From Schmidtea nova (lineage: Eukaryota), in contig CM097882.1 in NCBI GenBank assembly GCA_044892505.1, positions 451,918,001 through 451,982,000 of the forward strand: a DNA stretch of 64,000 nt. The letters run 5' to 3'. Positions 45,713 to 56,851 of this stretch are shown here, piece by piece. Position numbers and translations under genes: made by a program. Numbering within the stretch: position 1 is the stretch's first letter; each line of letters opens with the position of its first letter. The notes under the pieces are model-generated. The model was not told the DNA's origin. It worked only from the letters and a program-made list of their open reading frames with translations, and made no database searches.

Positions 45713-46714
45713 ATGGGAAACGTCGAAATCAGTTTACAAGAAGTGACCGCACATCAAGATGAAGTTATTTGTGAGCATTTAGAACAAATTGAAAGTTGGA
45801 TCCACGCATATTACCACAAATAAAAAGAAGTAGAAAGACAAGCCGAACAAATAACAGAAGCCAAAAGATTAAAGCGATTAAGTCAAGATAAAATAGACGA
45901 ATTATATGAATTATTGGAGAAACAAAAAGAATATTATAAAAAGATGATGAAAGAACGACGAGAAGAAAGAGAGCGAGAACGAACAGAAATGGAACGGAAA
46001 ATGTACTCCATTACCGAGCAAGCAAGATATTGGAAAAAAGAAGCGAAAGAATCTTATACGAAAGCAAGAGAAATAATCGAAAGAACGGCGTACAGCGATG
46101 ATTGGAAATTATTCGAAGAAATCGATAAATTAAAAGAGGAATTAGAACAGAAAACCTATCAGGAAATATCGAGCAAAAAATGGAATAAAAAGAGACAACA
46201 ATTCATCAGAGAGCAAGCAGGAAAAATTAAACAACTTATGCACCAGATTGAAAGGTCGGAAAGAGAATTATATTTCAGTAAACAACAATCAGATGCAAAC
46301 CTCAGAGCAGGGATGCAGAAAGAGGAAGATATGAAGCGCGATATTAATGGTTATCAAGGAGTAATCACTCAAAAGAAGATAGAATTAAAGAAAACTAAAG
46401 AAAGATTAGAAGAAGCAAAACAAAGCTATGAAGAAAATTTATTAAAATTAGAGGAAGCAAAACAAAGCTATGAGGAAAATTTATTAAATTTAACCAAAGA
46501 AAATGAAGAGTTGAAACAAAAACTGATACAAAAATTAACACCACCAAAAGAGACAGATATCACCAAAGCAGTAATAAAAATGATGGAAGAGGAAGAGAAA
46601 AACAAAAAAAATAACAGAATTAGAAAAACAGATCGAAGCGTTAACAGAACAATCAAATTATTTAGAATATCTGTTAGACGAAGAAATTCAATTGTCACAC
46701 TTCTATCGAGATGA
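45713..46714 (+). CDS. Coiled-coil protein; the ATG at 45713 is in frame, but a single TAA at 45821-45823 interrupts it
   Basis: MGNVEISL..YYHK*KEVERQAE.. continues in frame into the 266-aa track ORF, which has an internal duplicated heptad block EEAKQSYEENLL. Confidence 0.6.
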
Positions 46715-46891
46715 AGTAACAATGTGGAGAAACACGATAGTGTGGTTACCACTCCCTACGAATCAAGTGGAACCTCAAGATGAAGGTTTTCACGAACCCA
46801 ACGAGTCGTTAGTTTAAAAAGAAGCGAAAATTGGTTGTAAATATCTGTAAAATAACCATGTCAAACTGTATTGACAAATTTGTAAAGTGAA

Positions 46892-47455
46892 ATGAAGAAG
46901 CTCGCAATACTGATAATCCTAAACGTAATCGAAATCACCCAACAAAGAGAAGACCGTCAGTTATCAAAAGAAAACCTACAAGTCTTACCCGATAAAATCT
47001 ATAAAGAAATAGATAATCTATTAAAAGAAACAGTCAGAGAAATCTCTCAAATTCAATTGTCAACAGCACCTAACCCAGTATCAACGCAACAAACCCTGTG
47101 CAAAATCAATAACAAATTAGAGAAGATTCGAAAAACCCTAAAAGAAAGGAAAGAAACTATAAAGAATTTACATCGAGCAGAAATTCAATACCAAGAGAGA
47201 TGGATCGTTGCAATCATAATCGTGTTAACAATTAGTACAACAACCTGCGCAATTACCATTCTCATCGCAGTATATAGAATAAAGATCCTAAAACAAAAAC
47301 AATCAATCATCAATCAAACAACAGCATATGATGACAATGCCCGAAGACAAATGAGAAATCAGCTCAACAGAATACGAACCCAATACGAGTTACCAGCAAT
47401 TCCACAGAACCAGTCCAATCCAGTGCGAGTTATGAACTATTTGTATAAACCATAA
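46892..47455 (+). CDS. 187-aa type I membrane protein (signal peptide, helical ectodomain, TM, Tyr-containing tail)
   Basis: MKKLAILIILNVIEIT signal; TM WIVAIIIVLTISTTTCAITILIAVY followed by RIK. Confidence 0.7.
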   Translation: MKKLAILIILNVIEITQQREDRQLSKENLQVLPDKIYKEIDNLLKETVREISQIQLSTAPNPVSTQQTLCKINNKLEKIRKTLKERKETIKNLHRAEIQYQERWIVAIIIVLTISTTTCAITILIAVYRIKILKQKQSIINQTTAYDDNARRQMRNQLNRIRTQYELPAIPQNQSNPVRVMNYLYKP

Positions 47456-47648
47456 ATACTTGACAAAATATTTGATTAACAATTATCTGAATTTTCTTTA
47501 TATTTTCTTTGTGATTACGTATAGAATAGACTCACCTTATGTGAAGCTGTATACATATGTACCAAGCGTAAAAATTTTTTATGAATGTTGAGTATAAGTA
47601 ATAGTGTATAATTAATTGCGGGACGCAATTTTAGGGGTCCCCGAGTGA

Positions 47649-50508
47649 TGTTGGATCCACCATTTGGTCCACATTTAACATAAAAAATAATAATAATAAT
47701 AAGAAATAAATAGGAACAAATTAAATGAATATAATTACGAGAAATATCAGTAAAAAACGAATTAAAATGTAATAAAGACTATTAATTTAATATCAAAATT
47801 AGAAGAAAAGTAAATGGAAAATGTAAAAGTGTTAAAGAAAAATGATAGTTAATTATATTTAAATAATAAGAAAGCGAAATAAATAAGTAAAAAAAAGAAG
47901 AAGAATTAATAAAAATTCGGTAAATTAAAACAAGAAAATGAAAATCATATTTGTTAATAAAATTGATTTTATTTTTACTAGAATTGTATTGATGACCATC
48001 AGATTGATGCTGATTGGTCAATGAACTGATCTGGTCAGTATAAATACTGATCCAGATTCAGATAATTTCAAGGTAGTTTATGTTACATTTTTTAACGTAA
48101 AGTTATATGCTCTTTTGAATCAAATTTTGCTATTGGAGGTATGCTTATTATTTTTGTTATATATATTTGTGAATTTTGTCATTGCCATTAGCTAAATAAA
48201 ACTTCTTTTAAAAATATCTTATTTTTATTAAGCTTCTTCCACTGTGTAATCAGTGGAAGGAGATAAAGGTATTCATAGGATTTATCATAATTAAATTAAG
48301 CTTCTTCCACTGTGCAATCAGTGGAAGGAGACGACTCTATTTATATATTTATTTATCCTTTATTGAGCTTCTTCCATCGTGTAATCGGTGGAAGGAGGCA
48401 ACATTGTGTATGATATTAACAATTAGGTTGAAGAATATTTTTATAAACAATTTTTGGGTCGAGCTTCTTCCCCTGTGAAATCAGTGGAAGGAGGCGAATA
48501 TATATATTATTTATATACAGTAGATACAGTAGAAATTACGTATGATTTAAGGGGCTCCGATCACCGTGCAATCGGTGAAATGGAGGCATACTGTGCCGAG
48601 TAGAATGACTGCTCCGTACAGTTGGGCCGTCCGACCGGTGTATAGCGCCGTGAAGAGGGTAGGAATTTTTATTTTAACCATGATTTCTAACCTTATTTTT
48701 CACTGGATAGTATAACCAGTTGAAGTTTTATTTTATAACCGATTTGATTTTATGAGTTTATAGTTGAGTAGAGTTTGATTTTAGTTTGAGACAGATATAG
48801 CTGCGATCTTATTAACCTGGTTTTACCTTGAGATTCACAGAGTGTTAACGTATATTTTTCGATTGTCACATCTGGGGTTTGTGGGCATAGAGCGGCAGAT
48901 ACACGGTTAAGAATTTGTACAAAATACATTTTTTAAATATAACCATTTCAAAAATCGATAATTCAATAGCGTAGTGATCTACTACGCAAGTAACATAACA
49001 GCAATAGGTTATAGGATCAAACATTCCACATAAATAATTAAATATAATTGCTTATCCTGAACCCTGTACATAGGGCAGTAGATCTTAGTTTATTTAACTA
49101 ATTTTGTAACCTGATTGCTGTATATAGCACAGGCGTGAATAAATAAAATGTATTAAGAAATAAATGTATCTGATCGCTGTACATAGCGACAGTGTTGAAA
49201 GTGTAATAGGTAAATCATTTTCTTTTCCTGAATTAGCAATTAATAACTGTCAAAAGTATGAGAATCGTTCGAATCAAGACTACCAATTTCATGTTAATAA
49301 ACCATCTTGAATTTTAGAGAATGTCAGCCAACACAGCAACTAATCAAGCCGAATTGGATAAAGCATGGAGGATAATTCGCAGCCTGGAAAAAGAAATGTT
49401 ACGGAAATCTGAAAAATTAAAAGAAGCCGATGGCATAATCTCAAACCTGAAGAAAAGCTGGTTCAGTCCAGAGCAGATGAAAACACAAATTATAAAAAAT
49501 CAACGCTCACAGCGAGCAAACGAGGAGATCAAAATGGAATTGGACGCGACGAACATGGAACTAAAGAAATGTCTAAAATCTGTAACGGCGTCGTATTTAA
49601 CTCAAGAGCTCAGCCAGCTCATTCGACCAATCACTTATCAGCATTGGGCTGACGAGAAAGCAGGATGCACAAAAGGAACGAACACCGAGGAACCATCTCA
49701 GGTTCGCGCAATAACAATAGCAGCAAGTACACCAAAGAACACGACAAATCCAGAAGGTAAAAGGAAGAAGAAGAGCAAGATGGGAGCGCGCCAGCGTCGC
49801 TGGAAGAAACAAGTTCTTCAGCAATTGGCACCGCAATCAAAAGAAATTCCCGAAATTGATCTAACTATGAACTTTGCAATATCGGATGAAGACATTACCA
49901 AATACTTTGAATAGGAATTCTGTGATTTAGTTATTTTCGCGTATTAAATAATTTTTGTTTTGTATTTATTTTATCGTAAAGTATATGAAATAGAGTGATT
50001 TATTAAAAATTTAAAATAATTTAAAGGAAAATATAAATTAAATTAACTATACATTAGAATTAACAATAAGATTAACATAAATCTAATAAACAATAGAAAC
50101 ATTAAAGAGATAATATATTGTAATTGACTAAAGATTATTTGTTGATATTGTAAAGAAGGGGGCTGAAAGAAAAGTTGAAAGTTGAAATATATTGTAAAGA
50201 AAAGGGGGCTAAAGAAACATTGAAATGAAAGATAATGGATGCGGATAGATTAAAGTAAAAGCGTAAGTCCTTCTATCGGCAGCGAGACGAACCCGTGAAC
50301 ATAAATGGGGAGTAGTTTTAGCAATAGAGCTCACCTGCCCATCATTGTTCAAACACCTTGCACATTTCCAACTCGATTATTACAGGGAAATGATCGAGGG
50401 TGCTCGTGTGATATGTAAGCATTTTATGTGAGGTTTTGGATGGAGGAATCCCTAGAGCGTTTAGTTTAATTTTCTAATTTTGTTTTAACCCAATCCAGAC
50501 CGACAACA
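47649..50508 (+). repeat. 3' LTR (2860 bp)
   Basis: Same sequence at offset 22200/22203; the encoded proteins are identical. Confidence 0.95.
49321..49914 (+). CDS. 3' LTR copy of the 197-aa LTR protein
   Basis: Identical translation to 27118-27711. Confidence 0.85.
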   Translation: MSANTATNQAELDKAWRIIRSLEKEMLRKSEKLKEADGIISNLKKSWFSPEQMKTQIIKNQRSQRANEEIKMELDATNMELKKCLKSVTASYLTQELSQLIRPITYQHWADEKAGCTKGTNTEEPSQVRAITIAASTPKNTTNPEGKRKKKSKMGARQRRWKKQVLQQLAPQSKEIPEIDLTMNFAISDEDITKYFE

Positions 50509-50512
50509 ATCA

Positions 50513-51560
50513 TATCAAAACTATAATCCAGTCACTTATTTGAGAAACTTCAATTTTCAAACAAAGAGAATAAATTAGATATTAAAATCCGAATTAAAGA
50601 TAATACTACAGAAAGCGACAGAGAATCTTGGCAAGAAAATCTTGGCTAATCTTGGCAAATCTTGGTAAATTTCTTGGAAAATCTTGGCAAAGCCAAATCC
50701 AATTACAATTTATAAGGAACTTTTCGTGGTTTTAGCTTTTTGTTTATTAACATAATAAAAGTTTCATTATAATTTTTTGTTTATATATTTTTATTCAAGT
50801 CTTTGTATACACTACATAAGCAAGCACCCCAATTGTCCTCACAATAAGTTTTGGGAGACTCTTTTGGCCTTTTACCAATTTCTATCCATAAACTGTATTC
50901 AACGAACCGCATCAACAAAATAAACATTCACTACTGATATTCACTATCTAACCCTTCATAAAACATAATTATTGGTGTCAGAAGTCAACACAACACACAC
51001 AAATCGTCGTTTTTTTCAAACGTTAACGTCTTTAGCATACCTACTATAGAGGTATAATGATTAACGTCACTTTTAGCTGAACACAGTAGGCTATATCCTT
51101 TATATACACTCATTTTTTTTACATCAACAAGCAACACATAATTAAAAGCAATGAAAACCAACCAACAAAACCAAACAAATATTACCCAAACACCCAACAA
51201 CAACATTGAAAACACCCATACTCAAGAAAACATCAACTATTATTACAACCCCGAAAACACACACACCATAAACTCTGTAATTAACCCGAAACCTAACCTA
51301 CCAAACTACTTTACCAATGAAAATGGCACTCCACAAAAATGACTGGAATTTGCCAAACTAACACTAACCCTTTCAGGAATAAAATCCACAAAAACCCTGT
51401 GCTCCAACATCATAACCGCACTCCCCACTAACAAATTAAATGAGATTGCAGATCAAATAAAAGAAATATCGAAAGACGATAACCCGTTAGACAAACTCTG
51501 CAACATATTAACAAATAAAAACAAAGTCAACAGGAGACAAATCACAAACATATAATAACA
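50513..51560 (+). mobile_element. Older Ty3/gypsy element: LTR 3' part + PBS (tRNA-Leu type, 50973) + degenerate gag N-terminus
   Basis: ...CATAAAACA-TAATTAT-TGGTGTCAGAAGT; then LPNYFTNENGTPQK*LEFAKLTLTLSGIKSTK..IITALP..IADQI..DNPLDKLCNILT. Confidence 0.6.
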
Positions 51561-51633
51561 ATAATAATAATAATTATTATTATTATCAATAATTCTCATA
51601 ATGATGACTATAGATCAAAATTTTTTTTTAAAC

Positions 51634-51675
51634 AATACCACAATATTTCGGCACAGCCTTTATCAAGTGTGTATT
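51634..51675 (-). ncRNA. Inverted copy of the pLTR hammerhead ribozyme
   Basis: Reverse complement of 54501-54542. Confidence 0.65.
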
Positions 51676-53400
51676 TCAATCGTTATATTAACTTAATCCT
51701 AAATAGTAACCTTAATTATTTTTTTATATTTTAAAATGATTTTATTGGATGAAAAAATTTATTTTAATTTTTTTGTGCGAATTGAATGTTGATGGACGTT
51801 TGTATTTTTTATGTAAAAAGTCTCGGAAGCTAATCTTTGTAATGAATTTTTTAATCCCTCTTGTAGGATCTGGCATTTTGTTTCTTCTATAGATGGAGTT
51901 GTTTTATGTACTTTCTCCCAGTGTTCGTAATAGTTACTGGTTTTGTTTTTAGTGTGTTCATTAAGTCGGGTGCGAAAAGTTCTATGTGTTTCTCCTATGT
52001 AAGTAGCATCACATTTTTGACAAGAAAGTTAATATACTATATTTTTGGAAAAGCAAAAGCATCGGGTTGTGGAATGCAACTGTATGAGCCCTTACCTAGT
52101 AATATGACTATGTTACCTAAAGACCACAAAAGTCCTTTAAAAGGCAGACCTCTTGTATCCGTTGTTGACACTCCTTCCACAACACTTTCTAAAGTTCTTT
52201 CAGAAATCCTAAAAACACTTTTGCCTTTGGTTCCTTGTCATCTTAAAAACACAACTGAATTCGTCTCCGAAATTACAAATACGTCTCTTCCGTTAAACGC
52301 AGGACAACAGTACTTCTAGGGATCTCTTGATGTTTTCAATCTTTACGGATCTATTCCTCTTCACGGAGAGAATAATATTTTCGATATCGCAGCTTCTTTC
52401 TTTGAAACTCATAAAGCCAATACTGACCTCACAGACTTAACTAAACACAACTTTATAGAACTTCTAAAATTAGCAATAAATTCAGATACTGTCATAATTA
52501 AAGAAAAACCATTCAAACAAATTCATGGATTAGCCATTGGTAATAACCTTTCTCCCATCTTAGCCATCTTCTACATGAAAAAATTTATTTTAATTTTTTT
52601 GTGCGAATTGAATGTTGATGGACGTTTGTATTTTTTATGTAAAAAGTCTCGGAAGCTAATCTTTGTAATGAATTTTTTAATCCCTCTTGTAGGATCTGGC
52701 ATTTTGTTTCTTCTATAGATGGAGTTGTTTTATGTACTTTCTCCCAGTGTTCGTAATAGTTACTGGTTTTGTTTTTAGTGTGTTCATTAAGTCGGGTGCG
52801 AAAAGTTCTATGTGTTTCTCCTATGTAAGTAGCATCACATTTTTGACAAGAAAGTTAATATACTATATTTTTGGAAAAGCAAAAGCATCGGGTTGTGGAA
52901 TGCAACTGTATGAGCCCTTACCTAGTAATATGACTATGTTACCTAAAGACCACAAAAGTCCTTTAAAAGGCAGACCTCTTGTATCCGTTGTTGACACTCC
53001 TTCCACAACACTTTCTAAAGTTCTTTCAGAAATCCTAAAAACACTTTTGCCTTTGGTTCCTTGTCATCTTAAAAACACAACTGAATTCGTCTCCGAAATT
53101 ACAAATACGTCTCTTCCGTTAAACGCAGGACAACAGTACTTCTAGGGATCTCTTGATGTTTTCAATCTTTACGGATCTATTCCTCTTCACGGAGAGAATA
53201 ATATTTTCGATATCGCAGCTTCTTTCTTTGAAACTCATAAAGCCAATACTGACCTCACAGACTTAACTAAACACAACTTTATAGAACTTCTAAAATTAGC
53301 AATAAATTCAGATACTGTCATAATTAAAGAAAAACCATTCAAACAAATTCATGGATTAGCCATTGGTAATAACCTTTCTCCCATCTTAGCCATCTTCTAC

Positions 53401-54417
53401 ATGAACTTTATAGAATCTAAGATCATATCTTTTTTTGGGGACAAAATACTTTTCTGGAAACGATACATCGACGACATCTTCATAGTCTCCACAATCCCTC
53501 TCAATCAAATCCTATCACACACAAATTCTAATAAGACCAACATACAATTCACTTTTGAAACACCGAACACAGAAGGTAAAATACCGTTTTTAGATACCAT
53601 GGTAAGTTTCACAAAAGGCCAAGATACACTAAATGCAAACACCGAGCAATATTCTAAAAGTTTACATAGCGGTCATATCCTCCCATGGAAAAGCCACGTT
53701 CCACTTCAACGCAAAATCGCATTACTAATAGGAGAAAGAAAAAGAGCCATAAGAAACTGTTCAGACGCAAACAAAATACAAGAAACATTAGAAAACTTCA
53801 AAATACGATTCCTTCAAAATGGATACCCTGAAGAATTTGTAAAGAAATATTTCCTTAACGAACCATACCACAATAAATGCAACAATAGGAAACGCCAGAA
53901 ACACAATAACAATAACAAACACACAACATATCTAAGATTACCTTTCCTAAATGACATTACAGCCAACAAAATCACCAACATTTTTAATCAAACAGATTTG
54001 CCTATCCACATCCGTTCAACGTTCATAACCTCCGCACCGTTAAAATCACAACTCCGAAAGCCACCAATTTCCAACATCTCCAAACATAAATGTCTTTGCC
54101 ATTCCACAACCCAATGCTTTTGCTTTTCCAAAAATATAGTATATAAACTTTCTTGTCAAAAATGTGACGCTACTTACATAGGAGAAACACATAGAACTTT
54201 TCACACCCGACTTAATGAACACACTAAAAACAAAACCAGTAACTCTTACGAACACTGGGAGAAAGTACATAAAACAACTCCATCTATAGAAGAAACAAAA
54301 TGCCAGATTCTACAAGAGGGATTCAAAAATTCATTACAAAGATTAGCTTCCGAGACTTTTTACATAAAAAATACAAACGTCCATCAACATTCAATTCGCA
54401 CAAAAAAATTAAAATAA
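53401..54417 (+). CDS. C-terminal part of the Penelope RT + GIY-YIG ORF (upstream part broken by a stop)
   Basis: YIDDIF, GKIPFLDT, YIGETHRTFHTRLNEH. Confidence 0.85.
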   Translation: MNFIESKIISFFGDKILFWKRYIDDIFIVSTIPLNQILSHTNSNKTNIQFTFETPNTEGKIPFLDTMVSFTKGQDTLNANTEQYSKSLHSGHILPWKSHVPLQRKIALLIGERKRAIRNCSDANKIQETLENFKIRFLQNGYPEEFVKKYFLNEPYHNKCNNRKRQKHNNNNKHTTYLRLPFLNDITANKITNIFNQTDLPIHIRSTFITSAPLKSQLRKPPISNISKHKCLCHSTTQCFCFSKNIVYKLSCQKCDATYIGETHRTFHTRLNEHTKNKTSNSYEHWEKVHKTTPSIEETKCQILQEGFKNSLQRLASETFYIKNTNVHQHSIRTKKLK

Positions 54418-54500
54418 ATTTTTTCATCCAATAAAATCATTTTAAAATATAAAAAAATAATTAAGGTTACTATTTAGGATTAAGTTAATATAACGATTGA

Positions 54501-54542
54501 AATACACACTTGATAAAGGCTGTGCCGAAATATTGTGGTATT
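54501..54542 (+). ncRNA. Minimal type I hammerhead ribozyme in the Penelope pLTR (U3-A8 variant)
   Basis: AATACACAC-TTGATAA-A-GGC-TGT-GCC-GAA-ATAT-T-GTGGTATT: core UUGAUAA/GAAA, 3-bp stem II, palindromic stem III, and stem I AATAC.CAC/GTG.GTATT. Confidence 0.7.
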
Positions 54543-54575
54543 GTTTAAAAAAATAATTTTTGATCTATAGTCATC

Positions 54576-54710
54576 NNNNNNNNNNNNNNNNNNNNNNNNN
54601 NNNNNNNNNNNNNNNNNNNNNNNNNNNNNNNNNNNNNNNNNNNNNNNNNNNNNNNNNNNNNNNNNNNNNNNNNNNNNNNNNNNNNNNNNNNNNNNNNNNN
54701 NNNNNNNNNT
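54576..54710. other. Assembly gap (N)
   Basis: Run of N. Confidence 1.
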
Positions 54711-54959
54711 ATCTCTAGCATTGCCGACCAAAGGACTGACTAATATTAATTATCATTTTAGGAAATGTAGCAGTAATAATATAGGTATCTCTGATTTAAA
54801 TTATTTTAAAAGGTTTAAGTAATTATTGGGAATGAGTAACTTGTGAGGCATTGTTGATTAGATATTTTAATCCAAAAATTCTTTGGTAGCTTCTATATTT
54901 CCTGAAGCAATTTCATCTTTAATTTTAACATTATGAATTTTATGTCATTCCAAAAATAC

Positions 54960-55120
54960 GTTACACGACATTTAAACACGCAGACACTTTAACACGCGGA
55001 TACTTAAACAAACGGCATATAAACATGCGACATTTAAATATACGACATTTAAAGACATGGACATATAATCACAGCTACAGATTAACACGCGACACTTAAA
55101 CGCACGAACATTTAATCCAA
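54960..55120. repeat. Degenerate ~15-bp repeats (ACGCGACATTTAAAC-like), possibly DNA-transposon subterminal repeats
   Basis: About 10 imperfect units seen; the family assignment is tentative. Confidence 0.45.
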
Positions 55121-55303
55121 GTACGAGCGGGAGAAGGATATTCACTAGCGGCACCACCGCCTAAACATAAACGCTGAAAGCCAACCAAGGGGTTCCGAAC
55201 TCACCACAAGAGGTGTCAAGATGCCTATGTGTTGGGACAGATCAGAAAATATCTGCTGAAGTGATTGATATTTTCATCTTGTGAAATGAACTTGAATAAC
55301 GTC

Positions 55304-56018
55304 TGTTGGGGTTAATATAAAAATCACAAAAGTAAAATAAATAAAAGTGCAAAAATTAATTAAAATTTATCAAAAATTTAAAATTAATATTCAGTGGGGG
55401 AAATGGGTATGGTTGAATGCCAAATCAAAAGACGAACCCAAAAATAATAATAGAAATTTAGTAAGGGGTCCCCAGAGAAAGTTATTTAATAAAAACAAAC
55501 TAATTAAAATTAATTAATCGCTCAATGGGAAGTCCGAGACAATGGGAAGCCCGAGGCAATGGGAAACCCGAGCGATGAGGAAAGCCTGAGCGCAAAGAGA
55601 CCCGAGAGATCAAAGTCGGGGCAATTAGGAAAAATTCATCCGAAGATAATTAAAATAATTGGTTAGCAAAACAATTAAACCCGAGATTGGTTAACTTTTA
55701 GGTATCGATAAAACCTAATTGCTATTTGCGAGAACTATAATAGGCAGCGCAAAACAGAGGATGGGGCCGACGAGTTGATAGTTAAAAAAGGAGAATATTA
55801 AAAAGTTTCGAAAACAAATAAAGAAAGATACTGAAGAAATCAAACAGACAAAGTGAGAAAGTATCCTTTTAACTAAAGAGTCAAATGCGAATCCAACAGA
55901 AAGCGTAAATTGACCAAAAGTGTGTATAACAAAATTTGTAATTTGTGTTGATCGTGAATAAAAAGATTGTTCTTTGTTGGGTTCATTGATTTCGATAATT
56001 AAAGAGCACGAGGTGTCA
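55304..56018 (+). mobile_element. Possible old solo LTR
   Basis: TG...CA ends, near-TSD CGTC/GGTC, ATGGGAAGYCCGAG repeats, AATAAA about 60 nt before the end. Confidence 0.3.
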
Positions 56019-56506
56019 GGTCAGTAAACCGATCTTAACAGAATAATAACCCAACACGTCTTTTTTTGTGATGTCTGTACTAACATTTATCTTTATTGGG
56101 TGTAAATGTTATAATTTATTGTAGTAATTATAATTCTACGTATAAATTGAGTTATCTTTATTATCCTCTATTACAGTAGTAATAATTATCTGTATCTATA
56201 TTAATATGACGTTAACTCCTGGTATAGATAGACTGTTAAGATTTCAAGGAGGACGTCGATATCAATTTTTCTTAAATATTTTTTTTAAAAATTTTTTTAA
56301 ATATAATACAAGTCAGAGATATAATGTCGAGTATGGAACAAAATGGGAAAATAACCTTTTATCAGTAGCCCTTGAACCCACCGTGACATTCGGTCAATCA
56401 TAGTTTCAAATTTTCGACGCTCACTGTTTGCGAATGTACACCCATTTTTTGCATTACCAACGTTACAATGTAGTGGAAATCTAGATGGTTGATTGATATT
56501 TTTATG

Positions 56507-56851
56507 TGTTGAGTTGTTGATGTGAACGTCAAGGTCATATTGACGGTCAACAACCCACCAGTACTTAAACCAACGTTTTACTAAGTTAAATCACCCATAA
56601 AATCTTCACTTTAGAAAATTTTCATAGTTGATATCGACTATTGAAAAATAAATCCGAGCATACAATATATTGATCTCAGAAACGCATTCAAACACACACA
56701 TGCACACATGTATACATAATAAAGAAATATATTGTGAAGTTGTAATATTGATCCAGTTAATTGTAATTGTCTTATTGAATAAAATATTTTAACTAGTGTT
56801 ATCTTATTTATTTATATAAGATACCAAGTTGAGATTCTGGGAGCCTCAACA
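56507..56851 (+). mobile_element. Short solo LTR (345 bp)
   Basis: 7-bp inverted ends TGTTGAG/CTCAACA, near-TSD TATG/TGTG, AATAAA at about 56778. Confidence 0.5.

Larger units (their letters stand above)
25449..50508 (+). mobile_element. Giant (25,060 bp) Ty3/gypsy-type LTR element with env and host-derived cargo, lacking recognisable RT/RNase H/integrase
   Basis: Two ~2.86-kb direct repeats with TGTTG...CAACA ends, 4-bp TSD ATCA (25445-48, 50509-12), PBS at 28312, gag, zinc knuckles and retropepsin. Confidence 0.95.
51603..54575 (+). mobile_element. Penelope-like retroelement with an inverted 5' pseudo-LTR and an internal 826-bp tandem duplication
   Basis: RT motifs LPKDHK..RPLVS, SLDVFNLYGSIP, QIHGLAIGNNLSP, WKRYIDDIF and GIY-YIG NIVYKLSCQKCDATYIGET; premature TAG before SLDV; 51603-52076 is the reverse complement of about 54099-54575; duplication 51749-52574 / 52575-53400. 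Confidence 0.92.

Noticed and set aside
31635-46752. Many minus-strand ORFs overlapping the element genes
   Set aside because: F/L/S/I-rich antisense shadows of A-rich sense ORFs, with no motifs.
51906-53145. 137-aa ORFs occurring twice
   Set aside because: Chimeras of antisense GIY-YIG and sense RT sequence across the inversion junction, duplicated with the 826-bp unit.
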